Of a stretch of 64,000 nt of DNA, positions 1 to 13,342 are shown piece after piece; the stretch's first letter is position 1, and every line of letters starts with the position of its first letter. The DNA is from Callorhinchus milii. Lineage: Eukaryota. The position numbers and the translations under genes are program-made. Location: contig NW_024704743.1 in the NCBI RefSeq assembly GCF_018977255.1, forward strand, positions 28,770,001 to 28,834,000, in the 5' to 3' direction. Under the pieces are notes generated by a model. The model searched no databases. It had not been told where the DNA came from and worked only from the letters and a program-made list of their open reading frames with translations.

Positions 1-1172
1 TTCCAAGGAAAGTCCTCTCGTACACAATTTAATTTCAAAGTTGAGTTTCCAAACATGGGTTAGCCTGACATGTTGCTGGAAGAGACCTTACCTAAGTTTT
101 ATTATCAAGGGACCCTGTGAGAAATTGATGGGTATTCAATCCCATCAAGTCTCTTCACATGTTCAGTGCACGGCTTGGTAGTGCATCGACAATGCCCCAC
201 ATGGTGAGTTACTCACCACAACAATTCCATTGTGAGGAGGTGTTAGATAGAAGACAGATGCTTGCCACAGCCAGTGGAGGAAGGAAAAGTGGTACAGTAC
301 TCTGACTGATCACTGTTCGGATATTGCAAAGACCTGGAAATAAGTTGATTTCCCCCATCTCATCCCATTTACTCGTCTATGTAATACGATAAACCCTTGA
401 GAACTCTCCTCTGGCTTAACTTATCAATACCACTTAAATCATCATATTGTCAATATCCCGGCTCCATTCATTTATGTATTTATACATTTGCCTAACTCGC
501 CATTCCAGATAACTCATCAATGATCCCTTTTCCTTTGGAGTGACGAGTTATTAGGAGTTTACTACATGTAAATATTATTTAATTTTAAAATAAGGATAAG
601 TCTTGCAATTAATAGTTAACTAGGGAAGGGGAGTACAGTGTAACCTGGTCTTTATACCCATGGAGATTCATTTTTCGTAAAACAACCCCTTATGCAAGTA
701 GAATTTCTGGCTTGTACTACACACGGCAGTGGAACTGATAGTCATTCTAGCAGTGGTTTGTGATAAAACAAACTGTTGAATTAAACCACCACTTGAACCA
801 GTGGTATGAACAAGTAAAATTGCAACCATTAGTGTAATATGCTGTAAAGGATCTGTGGTAAATGTTAAATTCCCATCTACTTTCTACTTTAAATGTATTA
901 CATGTGCAAGTTCAAAATGGTCTTATCTGCACTGGGAAATCACTAATTCTGGTGTCCAAGTCTCACCTGTAGCAGACTATATGTTACCCGACATAGTTCC
1001 AATTTTCTCTGGTCTGCTTGGTTGAGATCAGCTAACTCAGGCCAGACCAGGATTGATTCCATAGTGCGTATAGTGCTTGGCTGCCATCCAGAGAAGATGG
1101 ATCATACCAATGTTTTACGTTTTAGTTCCTTATCAGTGAATTATTAAAAATATATTGCTTCAGTCCCAAAAG

Positions 1173-3315
1173 ATCATAGAATCATAGAATGTTACGGCAC
1201 AGAAGGAGGCCATTCGGCCCATCGAGTCTGTGCCGGCTCTTTGACAGAGCAACTGACTTTTATTAACCCCACTCACCAGCTTTCTCCCCATAACCCTGCA
1301 AACCAATCTTCCCCAGATACCGATCCAGTTCTCTCTTAAAAGCTGTTATCGAATCGGACTTCACTGCCCTTTCGGGCAGATCATTCCAAATTCTAACAAC
1401 TCGCTGAGTGAAAACATTTCTTCTAACGTCCCCTCTGCTTCTTTTGGTAGATATCTTAAGACTGTGACCACGAGTCACAGACACACCTACCAGCGGAAAC
1501 AGCTTTTCCTTATCTAGCCTGTCGAAACCTTTCATGATCTTGAAGACCTCTATCAGGTCCCCGCGTAACCTTCTCTGCTCTAATGGGAAAAGTCCTAACT
1601 TTTCCAGCCTGTCCTCATAGCTAAGGTTCCCCATTCCTGGTATCATTCTCGTGAATCTCCTCTGCACCCTTTCCAGTGCCTTAATATCCTTCCTGAGGTA
1701 AGGTGCCCAGAACTGGACGCAGTACTCCAGCTGAGGCCTAACCAGTGTTTTGTACAGATTAAGCATAACCTCTCTACTCTTATACTCTATGCCCCTACTA
1801 ATGAAGCTCAGTACACCAAATGCCCTTTTTACTGCCCTATCTACCTGCTCTGCCACCTTCAATGAATCGCTTACTTGAACGCCCAGATCTCTCTGTACGT
1901 TCACCCCCTTAAGATTGAGCTACCAAGCCTATATTGCCTCCTATCATTTTTCCTACCTAAGTGTATCACCTCGCACTTATCTACATTGAAATCCATCTGC
2001 CACATGTCAGCCCATTCCACCATTCTGTGTATGTCTGCCTGCAGTCCGTCACAACCTTCTTCACTATTTACTACCCTACCTAACTTGGTATCATCTGCAA
2101 ACTTGGAAATAGTGCTCCCTATGCCCAAGTCCAGATCATTAATATATATTAGAAAGAGCAGTGGTCCCAATACCGATCCCTGGGGGACACCGCTGCACAC
2201 CTCCTTCCATTGCGAGAAACACCCATTAACCACCACCCTCTGCATTCTGTCACTCAGCCAGTTCCTAATCCAAACGGCTACTGTCCCCTTAATACCGTGG
2301 GCCTCCAGTTTTTTTATTAACCTCTTATGCGGTACTGTGTCAAAAGCCTTTTTAAAATCCATGTAAATAATGTCCACCGCATTTCCCTCATCAACCCTCG
2401 CAGTCACCTCTTCAAAAAATTCTATTAGATTTGTTAGGCAAGATTTGCCTTTAACAAATCCATGTTGGCTGTCTCTAATTACCTCGTGTTCCTCTAAGTA
2501 GAGATTTATTTTGTCCCGGATTACGGTCTCCAGTAGCTTTCCTATTACCGAAGTTAGGCTGACTGGCCTGTAATTTCCGGGCTTGTCTTTCTGCCCCTTT
2601 TTGTAGAGTGGGGTAACATTAGCTACTCTCCAGTCTCTTGGCACCACTCCTGTGTCCAATGACGATTGAAATATAATGGCCAAAGCCTCCGCTATTTGAA
2701 CCCGTATCTCCCACAGCAACCTTGGGTGAAACCCATCTGGTCCTGGTGACTTATCAATTTTGAGCCCAGTCAATCTTTTCAGAACTTCCTCTCTGTCTAT
2801 AGTAATCTGATCTATTTCCTCTATCCTGTCATCCAATACTGTGACATTTGGGGCATCCGTTTCTATTGTGAAGACAGATGCAAAGTATTTGTTTAGTACA
2901 TCAGCCAAGCCCTCTGCCTCCACAACAAGATTGCCGTCATTGTCTTTGATTGGCCCCACCCTACCTTTAACTAACCTTTTTTCCTTTATGTGCTTATAAA
3001 ATATTTTAGGATTCCCCTTTATGTTACCCGCTAACCTCTTCTCATGCGATCTTTTAGCCTGTCTTATCGCTCTTTTAAGATCACTCCTGCATTCTCTATA
3101 ATGCGCTTTGCTATCCTCAGTGTCTTTCATCCGCCAATTGTCGTATGCCATCTTCTTCTTTTTCATCCTAGACAGAATATCCCTGGTCACCCAAGTAGGT
3201 TTGGTTCTCGCACATTTCCCTCTTGTGGGAATATATCTATTTAGACCCTGAGCTATCGTATCTTTGAAGATTTCCCATTGCTCATGAGTCGTTTTACCTG
3301 CAATATTTGAGGCAT
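1173..3315 (-). mobile_element. Young 5'-truncated CR1 LINE: ORF2 reverse transcriptase, C-terminus, 3'UTR and octamer tail
   Basis: ORFs 1901-3190 and 1263-1904 carry KSPGPDG, NYRPVSLTS, QHGF, DFKKAFD, GVPQGSVLGPLLF, FADDTK and RRLRGDLIEVFK. There is one frameshift at the C5 run 1904-1908. The (ATTCTATG)n-type CR1 tail is at 1173-1190. Confidence 0.96.
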
Positions 3316-4484
3316 CTATAGGCCCTTAACATGCCTCAAATATTGCAGTCTATAGATATGTAATTGTACAACATCCAAAGCATTATTACAAAAATTACAC
3401 TAACCCAATAAATACATATAATAAGAATCCTTGCACACAAACACATGAAATAACAAAAATAAATAAAATGCTTAATTGCAGTCACATCCAGAATTGTGGG
3501 CAATGGCACACTTTCATGTCTGGAATTAATACAGCAAAGAACTGTAGTGCAGGAGACCACAGCTGAAAAGAGGTCAAGTGCATCCAACTGCACCAACATA
3601 TCGGGACATCCCAACTTTTCAGCAAAAAACTGCTCTCTCCAACATCATAAATCTAGGTAACTGCTCAGTGCTATTGGGATCTTATACTGTTTCAAAGAAC
3701 CTCTTTAACATCCTGATTTTCATGCATTCTACAAACAAATTGTGCGTACAAAATTACATTTGTATAGTACCCTTCACATCCGGAGGAGTCCTAGAGATAC
3801 TTAATGAGGGAACTGTTCACATATATTATTTATTATTGCAGCAATAATGAATAGAATTCTGATTGCAATTGTTCTGAGATGCTACCCTGCACGAAGGGAG
3901 CAATATAAAAGCAAGTTGTTGTTGTTCGTGTTGAAATCTAAAGAGATTAATTAACTGTACAAACATTAATAATGTAAACAGATACTATCCACATGTTTAT
4001 ACCAATATTACTCACACGGAGATTTTATAACTGGGGGTAGGAACATTTCCTCATTGCTTTTGTTTTATTAAGATTGGCAACCAGCCACTTTAGCCTGCAG
4101 TAGGGGGACAGTGATAACTTTTATTAAGCGTTTTGCTGCCCATGACCACAAATCAGGGATATCTGAAGTATTACTTTTCAGCTAAAGCGGACAGCAAAGC
4201 TCACAAAATATAGATTTGTATGAGAAGTTTTATTGCAAACACAAAGCCTTATCAGAGAGCAATGCTATAAGATGCAGCACTGAGTTAAATCACAAATCCT
4301 AATTCAGGTTACTTGATCTGGTGGGAATGTATCCTGGTGTCCTGGCCAACAATCCCCCAAAATAAAAATGGTAATTTATTTCATGACTGATTGTGTGGGC
4401 TGCTGAATTTACCTACAAATACAGTCACAACATTTCATAGTAAATCCTGTCAACTAATTACAGAAGCAGCTTAAAAGACAGTTT

Positions 4485-4740
4485 GGGTCAGTTGATAGCA
4501 CTTGCACCTCTGAGTCAGAAGATTGTGGATTCAAGTCCCCAGGTAGATGTTAAAGAACTCATTGCACTATTCAAAAAGAGACATAGTTTCTCTCAGTTAG
4601 CCACTGTCCTGGCTATTGTTATCCACAAATTGGCTGCCACATTGTCCTACAAAATACACAGTCACTACACCTTACAACAAATCCTGTGAAGAGTCCTTCC
4701 TTCCTGAAAGGTGCTAAACCAAATGCAAGTATAATATAAG
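4485..4740 (+). mobile_element. Internally deleted SacSINE1/Deu-type SINE
   Basis: Head ctctgagtcagaagattgtggattcaagtccc is joined directly to caggtagatgttaaag, followed by the tail. Confidence 0.7.
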
Positions 4741-4749
4741 TATAACGAC

Positions 4750-5218
4750 CACATACTTATCCAGTCCCAACTCCGTACCCACATCTCACCAGTTCTGGCC
4801 AGGCTCCACTGGCTCCCCACACAGAACGGATTGACTTCAAGATCCTCACACTCGTGTTCAAATCCCTTCACTCTCTGGCAACTCCCTACCTCTCCGACCT
4901 CCTAGTTCCCCAATCCACCACCCAGCTCCTCTGCTCGACTGGCACCGGCCTCCTGGTCGTCCCTCGTACTCCACCATCGGAAGTCACGCTTTCAGCCACT
5001 GCTCCTCGAAACTCTAGAATACTCCCCCTCAATCCCTCTGCCTTGACCCCCCTCTCCTCTTTTTCAAGTCCTGCCTGAAAACCTTCCTCTTTGACCGTGC
5101 TTACGCCCACCTCCTGGCCCTCCACCCTTGGCTCAGTGTCTGGCTCTGTCACTGTTAAGCGCTCTGAGACCCTGCTCTGTACGGAGGGTGCTATATAAGT
5201 GCAAGTTGTTGTTGTTGT
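4750..5218 (+). mobile_element. L2-clade LINE 3' fragment with (GTT)n tail
   Basis: [13 protein letters not shown]...RIDFKIL motif; ends gctatataagtgcaagttgttgttgttg. Confidence 0.85.
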
Positions 5219-5589
5219 GCAACACTGCTGTGAGCAATTGGCTGCTGTGTTTCGCCCACAAAATACAGTCAATCCACTTTACAATATATTCTGTGAAGCA
5301 CTTTGAGACGTTGCAACAATGTTATAAGGTACTATATCAAATGCAGGATAATTATTTCTAAGAAACATTCACAATATCATGTATTGAACAGAACTTGAGA
5401 TTGGCATTACAGCAGGGCTTTAAAATCCACAGAGAAGAGCTGGTGAATTTAATAAGTTATAAAACCTACACAATCCATCTTAATATAAAAATGTAAACAA
5501 AGAAAAAAACACTGAAACCATAATTAAATATAAAACCGATTAATATGAATCAAATTAGTCAAACAGCAAGCAGACATAGGACTTCAAGT

Positions 5590-5750
5590 CTTCAAGTCTG
5601 GAGAGAAGACGACAGAGAGGGGCATCTTAAGAGATGTAAAGCATTTTAAATGCAATTGAAAAAGTAAATCCAGATCAATACTTTAGGAAGCACCAAGACA
5701 GTGGAACTAGAGGACATAGGTTTAAGAGTTGCAAGAGACAATTTTCAGGT
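5590..5750 (+). mobile_element. Degraded CR1 ORF2 C-terminal fragment
   Basis: agtctggagagaagacgacagagaggg...actagaggacatagg resembles SLERRRLRGDL...TRGH. Confidence 0.65.
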
Positions 5751-5759
5751 CCGGTATAT

Positions 5760-6470
5760 AATCCATCAAGCTTTCTTTGTAGGATTTTTGTTGCTTCATC
5801 TAATTCTACATTTCCCCCCAACTTGGTGTCATTTGCAAATGTAACTATGTTACACTGGGTCTACAAATCCAGATCATTGACATAGACGAGGAAAGGAGGA
5901 GGTCCCAGTACAGACCTCTGAGGCACGTCGCTTAATACTCTTCCCATTTTGACTCCCATAACAAAGACTCTCTGCTTCCTTCCCTTTAGCCAATTCTGAA
6001 TCCATGTCTAGATCTTGCCCTTGATACTCAGTGATCTGAGTTTGCGGAGGAGTCTTTTCTGTGGCACTTTGTCAAACCCCTTTTGGAAGTCTAAGTATAC
6101 TGTATCATATGGCTTCCCAGTACACTTAAACTGTCACCTCCTCAAAAGTCTATGAGATTGGTCAGACAAGACCTACCCTTTCTGAACCCACGTTAGCTGC
6201 CAATTATTAATTGTTTTTATATAGGTAATCTTCCACTTCCCTCCTGATAGTTGACTCCATAATGTTGCTAATTATTGGGGTCAGGCTAATGAGTCTGCAA
6301 TTACCAGGTATTGTTCTGGCACCTTCTTGAACATGAGAACAAGATCTGCTTGGCTCCCAGTACATTGGAGCCTCCTCAATCCTGATCGAATCCTTCATAA
6401 TGTCTGTCAGTGCTGCACAAGTCTCCTGCCTCATCTCCTGAAGTAATCTGGGGTACTTACTGTTCATCCT
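5760..6470 (-). mobile_element. Degraded CR1 RT fragment
   Basis: Remnants of YPRLLQE, PGNCRLISLT, DFQKGFDKVP, PQRSVLGPP and FANDTK, with stops and frameshifts. Confidence 0.85.
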
Positions 6471-7420
6471 AAATTAAGGTGCAGGTTTAATTCACTGAGT
6501 CACTAATGTAGTCATAAAAGACTCAAGAAAAGTGACTAACCGTTTACACACATTTATTATTCATTTATAAGAAAGAGGAGACCAATGCAGGATTTTAAAT
6601 GTCACAACTAAAACAGATACTTTCACAGTGAACCAATGGCTATAAAAGGGGCGTGGTAAATTCAATAATTTCACTCGACAGTTCATTCGAGTGTTCTATT
6701 AAGATGTTCTATTAAGCTGTGCATTTTAATAATTCTCTGATACATTGTTTGTAATTTATCTGTTCAATTCAAACCATTTTACCAACCAGAAAGTAAAATT
6801 CAAAGGTGGTGGGGGTTAGTTAGGGACAAAGCTGCATCACTTCCACTTTTTAAAAGGCAAAAGCTGCCCCAAAAATCATCATTGTTTCTATCATACTGTG
6901 TCTTATAAGGAGACCTCCTTCAGTTGAGGTCAGGGTGAGAATAAATCAGCAACGTTTAGAAAGTCACGTTCGGGCAACTCTTTACCCTTATACATTTTCA
7001 TTTGTTGCAGTAGCACCATGTGGGAAACTTCTATTTTTAATTGGACAGGCTCCCACAAGGTATCCACATTTCCTATCGACAATCAACTGGTACTAGCTTT
7101 AATAGTGATAGCCTAAATCCAAGGAGAAGCACACTGTAATTTTAAAATGTTACTGTGTTTGATTGGCTACTCCGCTTCTTCCCCAGGGAACTTGGGCTTC
7201 ATTCACAACAAATGCGGAAGACAAACAGAGAGGGAGCACACAAAGTACTTTCTTTGTATTATGTCATATTTTCCAACAATGGTATTGCAGTAAGTGCAAC
7301 AGTCATTGAAAATGATCCAACTTATGCAATGGTGAATCATCTTAAACTGCTTAAACTGGATTTCCTGTCAATTTTTATAGTGCAGACAAACATGGTAATG
7401 GTAAGAGTGTTCCAGAGTTT

Positions 7421-7780
7421 CAGGGCATAGTGACTGAATGTGCGACCTCCAATGGTGGAGCAGAGGTTGCGGGGGACAAGCAGGAGGCCGGTTCCAGGCG
7501 AGCGGAGGCGCCCGGTGGTGGATTGGGGAGTAAGGAGGTCGGAGAGATAGGGAAGTGCCAGGGAGTGAAAGGATTTGAACAGGTCTGTGAGGATTTTGAA
7601 GTCGATCGGTTCAGACTGGTGAAATGGGGGTATGGAGTTTGGTGCGGGTCAGTATGCGAGCAGCAGAGTTCTGAATAGCTGGATCTTTTGAATAGCGGAG
7701 CTGGGGAGACCAGCGAGGAGTGCGTTTGAGTAATCCAGGCAGAAGGTGATAAACGCATGCACGAGGGTTTCGGCTGCATT
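7421..7780 (-). mobile_element. L2 fragment
   Basis: IQNSAARILTRTK and FKIL motifs, matching the other L2 copies. Confidence 0.8.
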
Positions 7781-8677
7781 TGAGGGTAGTGTACTGTCGG
7801 AGGCTGTTTAGAGACAGAGTGGAGGGCACAGCATATTGGGCAAAGGAAGGCAGAAAGCGTCTGTCAAACAAGTAGGTTTTTAGCTGGGTTTTGAGAGCAG
7901 ACAGGGAGGTAGGTAATGATTGGCTATGATACCGGGAGAAACTCCCTTCACTTTTCAAATTGTGTCACGGGATAGTTCACTTCCATGTTTTTTAACATTT
8001 CGGGCAATATTGGATTGTCATCCAAGACTTTGAGCTCACTGTGACGATTCCACCACATTCTGATCTAAAGGTTTGTTACAATAGAATACACATTGGCGTA
8101 TATCTGCTCTGGTGCCTCTGACAGTCAGAAACATTATTGGAAAAGACATGATTTGCGGCCACTGGATCTAGAAATCTGAAGCAGCACAAATCAAACATTA
8201 CTGTAAATGAAAGGGCAATTTGTATTAAAATTGTTAAAAACATAACTGTTCAGGGGCTATTCTATGAAACAGAATGATAGTGATAGCTGACTCCACCAAG
8301 TTGTTCCACTCTCTCCCCCTCCTCCCCAGCCAATTCTCATGAAGTCGAATATCTTTACTTGAATCTTTACTTGAAGCCTTCAATAAAAATAACTAAATGC
8401 CACACATTACAATCAAAGTCGTAGGTAATGACTAATGTTTAATCAAAAAATCTTTTAGGTCTGGATTAAATGCACAAAACATAACTAAAAATAGCACAGC
8501 GAGAAAGGGGAAATTTACAGGTGATAAGATTTTGTTTAAAGCCCGATGAGCCTTTCACAATATAAATTTTTATTTTTTTTGGTCAGCTGGGTGTCTGGCA
8601 CATGCGGAAACGCATCACCATGCTTAAGAGTATCCAAACCAAACGGAGAATTCCATGCATCCCACTAACACATGGAA

Positions 8678-8745
8678 ACGCACACACATATACGCATGCA
8701 TACATAACACACATGTACACGGACATGCACACATGAACACACACA
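8678..8745. repeat. Degenerate (CA)n microsatellite
   Basis: cacacacatatacgcatgcatacataacacacatgtacac... Confidence 0.7.
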
Positions 8746-11700
8746 ATGTAGAAATGAAACCGAACTCCTAAAATTGTTCCTTACATATTCTATGGTAACA
8801 TTTTCCTGCAAGGGTTACTTCCAAGTGAGCAGTGATGCAAACACAAAAATGAAGAAGCAATAATAATACATTACAGCAATTATCCACTTATTTTTAATCC
8901 AAAATAAAACTTGCTTAAAACTGCTCTTCATGCACAACTAGATTAAACAGGCCACTTCCAAAACATATAGCAAATTGTGTCCGCTGTCAGTCAATAGGAG
9001 CTGGTAATGAATGAGTGAACAAGTAAGCATTAAACTGTTACTTGATCAACTGTTAAAAACTCAATTGGAAAGAATTAGTGGTGAGAGTTTGAGTTAACGT
9101 GGGCTGCATACTGGAAGGTCTACTTCTGGGAAAAACAATTTTCATACAAAATATCAATCTTCAAGCTATCTCTTTGTTTCACTTAAACCAGATCCTGTTA
9201 TTGTACTTTGATGAAAAATCACTGAGTGATGAACCATAATTGCCTTTGGTCGTCTGCACCAGGAAACCCATCAACCACCGCTTTCTGTGGAAAATGCAAT
9301 GTGGGGCAGAGCAGGGGAGTAAGTAGATATCTTTTGTGAGTAGGGGGTGTCCCTCAGCATTTTTGCTTAACTGCAAAATGCTTAGTTATGTTTGATATAA
9401 ATCAATCAATAAAAGCAATAATTAGAGTAATATTCTTGTTTCTGCAGGTGACTAAACTGTCTTTAATGCATGCCCTCTTTAATAACTATGTGCATTTTTT
9501 CCTGTGCACCATTAGGGGTTACAACCATGTGCCTTTTGATGCTCTGTTTTTGCACACCCCTCTTCTGCAGCTGCTGACTCATGTTGGGGCTTGGTTTTAT
9601 GAGTAGCAACTGTTCTACAATACTCTTCAACAGTTAACCTGAACAATCAGTGTTGGTTGGTAGGCTATTGACTGTGGGAGTCATCATATCCTTTTCTCAC
9701 ACCCAAACCTTTTTTCCCCCGGCCACATACAGTTTGTAGCAGGTTTATTCAGGGGCAGCTTGTGTAGCTTTGAGCAATTATTACAAAGTCTGGAGCACAA
9801 GTTGGACCATCACACAAACTCATGACATTTAGAGCTGAGGATGCTGTCTTTCAACTATAGGAGTGATATTTAACCGTTCACCATTGAAATCATCTGTGCA
9901 ATGAACAGATCGTGATTTCTAGTATTTGTGCCAACTGGGTTTTATCATGTCGTGTAGCTACTGTTTAGAAAAGGAAAATACATATTGCACTGACTAGGAA
10001 CTGGGGAAGAGTGAACTAGTCTTTCATGAACCACTTCGACTGAATAGTCTGTTTCTGAGCCAAATTATTCCATGAATTTAAGGTAAACTGAATGTTACAC
10101 ATTTATCAACACAAATCTATCATTTGTCTAGTGGTACAATCGGAACATTATTCTAGTTAAAGTAACTGTCTAAAAGGCGTGCAAGCTACTTCAGGAACAG
10201 TCATAAAATCCATTTCAATTGCCTGTCCTCAAACATACTGACCATTATTTGTTAGTTATTGTACAAGAGTGTTCTTAAGTGTGAGAACAATTGTAATCAT
10301 GAACATATGCAAGAGTGATGCAAGTGCGAAAGGGATAGAGTCTTTGTATGGATATGAATGATTAGAGGGGGAATTAGTAAAAGATTTACAATAGAAACAG
10401 TTTTGCTGTCCAATAAATATGTACTTTAAAAATATTTCTGCTTTACAATTTTAAAGTACCAAATCCAATAAAGTATCATCCATAAGCAGTTATCTCACAA
10501 AATTGATATCTGAATAGTATTACACACTTACATCTTTGAAGAATGATCAGGGCTCCAACGTAGAGCCTGGGTGGGGAATGCAAATTAAATGTTTGCCTCT
10601 CATACATTTAGTAAAAGGAAGAATGCCAATCCCCACCAAAGCTTGTGGCAACTGATCAGATACATATCAAAATGTAATTTGAGCAGATATTTTCCAACTG
10701 GTAGAAACAACAACATCGATAAATGGAGCAATTCCTGCTCCACCACCCCCCAACGAGAAATACAAACAACATTCCCCTTCTATTACCTTATAAACTATCC
10801 TTAGGCTGTTCTCCTTCACACACCCACATTTTTAACCAGATCTCACCAAGTTTCATTGCGTTCTTTGCTAACCAATAGCAAAGCTAACAACGATTGGAAC
10901 AAGAAAAAAAGACACCTCTCGATATATCTGGAAACAGACCAAATCTGTCACTCAAATCTATCATTCAGGGACAGTTATCAAGATATGTTACATATGCTAG
11001 GGAAAGCTTTCAGGACTTATGAAGTCGTCCTGCCAATTTTTTTGCAAAAGCATTGCTTTAACTGTACTTCCCCAATAGCAATGCACACCTTAATATAAAG
11101 GTCATATTCTGCTGACTAAGATAACATTGTCTGAACCTCTTAATTATCAGAAAGGGGATTTTCACTTACCAATTTTTAAAAAAAATTCAAACCATGGACC
11201 ACTTGAGCCAGATAGACTTTTAATGCTGACAAATGTGAGGTTATTCATTTTGGGTTAAAAAAAAGGAGAAAATTGGTTTCAGAGAATTAACAATATTTTT
11301 AGACAGAGGTAAAGGTTTAAGGCTGAACGTAGGGCATTACACCACACTAACTAATTGCTTCATTGTAGACTTCTTTGTGGGAAACATTATTATTTCATAA
11401 TCAAAGTGAGATTTAAGAGGTCCTCCCAGCATGAAATATGTGATACAGATTTAAATGATTATTGTTGTAGTTGAAATGCAATCCATTTTTCTAACAGTTA
11501 CTAATGGCATAATCTGAATGGGAGAATATTCTTGCAGATACAACAACTCAATACCATAAATAACCTGAAATTTGAAACTATCTTTTAATTTCAGAAAATT
11601 CATTTATTTCATGGATAGGATCAGTCACCCAACATAGATCTCAGTTTGAATTCGCGCAACCACCTGGTTTTAATGTTCCTTTTTTGGGTTTCTAACATCA

Positions 11701-13225
11701 TGCTTGACTATCTTAACCTACCTAACAATAAAGACAAAATTTCCAGGTATTCTCCTCAATTCTTCTCATTGTTTTGTAAACTGATGGCAGCGATGTTACT
11801 TTCATGCAACAGATTGGTGACTTGGGAGCCTCCTTTAATCAATTATCATAGAAGCTTGGATAGTCATACAACTGTGCTGACACTGCATCACCTTTCACTG
11901 TTGGACAATACAGTGCATTATTTGGGATCAAGACTGAGGCCACTATGCAGTAATGCCATACTACTGACATTCCTGCTTATTTACCTTTAAAAATATTATT
12001 CTGTTAGGAATTTTTAGAATATTATCTAAGTCAGTGAATTAGTTCCTCTTGCCAGATACAATCACCAAATAATGCCATCACTATACTGCTTCACACAGGT
12101 AAATAGAATGGAGAGATGGCCTTACCACACATCATTAGATTGGAATACAATGCAACATTGTGAATGAAATTCTCCAGATAAATTCCTAAATTCATTCTGA
12201 ACCAGACAAGCTGGGTATTAGGTGACACGGAGGTTTGCATTCAGTCACATAAAGAGCAGAAAAGCTTAGGTGAGTCATTGGAGGCTGCTCATGTACAGGA
12301 TGATAAATGTCTGGAAAAAGAGTCACACTGACAATGCAAAGACAGACTGCCTAGCTGGGCTCTCATCAAACATGAAGAGTGTGGGTGTGAGGGGCTTAGC
12401 AAAAATTGGGAAAAAAGTGGAGGAAAAGCTTAAAATGGTTACATTTAATTAAGAACACATTTGAATAGAACTGCATGCAGAAAAAAAGCTGAACAGAAAA
12501 CATTACACCTAGTGCGACTGCAATTCACTAGTGTTAGAAGTCAAACTGACCAAATATTTCTGTGACTCAACTTTTACCTAGAACTGTCAATCCTTTAAAC
12601 AATTGAATGTTTTCATGTGAACCGGTTAAAGTTCAATACTTGATTCAAGGAATCAAATGTAATTGGAAGCAGTAAACATGATTTCTGACCACATGGAGAG
12701 CATGCTATTAAAAACACCTAGTGAATTGTAGAAACCGACAGTTAAACCTCTCAACTGTCAGGTGCAAAAGGTCTTGGATTCCCCATTCATTTTCTGTTTT
12801 TAATGTCATTGTTGTAGATCATCCAATCCAGTGCACGGAAAGTTTTGATAGCTCACAGAAACGGTCACATTAGCTTATCAGCAAAAATTATAGAAAAAGT
12901 ACATTGTTTTTCTTTTAAATGGCAGCTTCAGATCTCAATGTTCAAACCAACTTCATTGCAGATCTACTTGCTTGAAATATCCACTAGATTTATCAAATGT
13001 AAGGATTATTATTATAATCTAAATTGCTATTATTTATTGTCTATTATGTGCTTTTAAGAAATGTTATTGATTTGCTCCTCCAAGAACAATACATTGCTAT
13101 AGATCTATTAAATACTAAGCTGAGCAGTTCCTACGAGACCCAAACTAACTCTTTCTACATTTGTCACGAATAGCTCACACATTTCAGCTTTATATACTGC
13201 ATCTCTTGAGTAGCTTTAGAATTAC

Positions 13226-13342
13226 CTGAGTGATCTTCTCCGTGCCTTGGAATGCATGTTTCTCGAAGTGCTCGGCTAACCCACTGAAAGTATGCCGTGC
13301 CAGATACTCGCAGTTGCTGAGAACAATCAGAAGTCGTTGTTC
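13226..13342 (-). CDS. EXOC2: EXOC2 exon (~ex22), 117 nt
   Basis: ctctag|GAA CAA CGA...ACT CAG|gtaatt; encodes [39 protein letters not shown]. Confidence 0.96.

Noticed and set aside
1875..2366. 163-aa plus-strand ORF and similar antisense ORFs (21231, 21770, 23858, 56707)
   Set aside because: They are shadow frames on the opposite strand of CR1 or L2 coding remnants.
1..13225. Next EXOC2 exon (~ex23, ...ADPIVGSLEPGIYAGYFDW...)
   Set aside because: I did not find it by eye. It probably lies beyond the left edge of the window, although I may have missed it.
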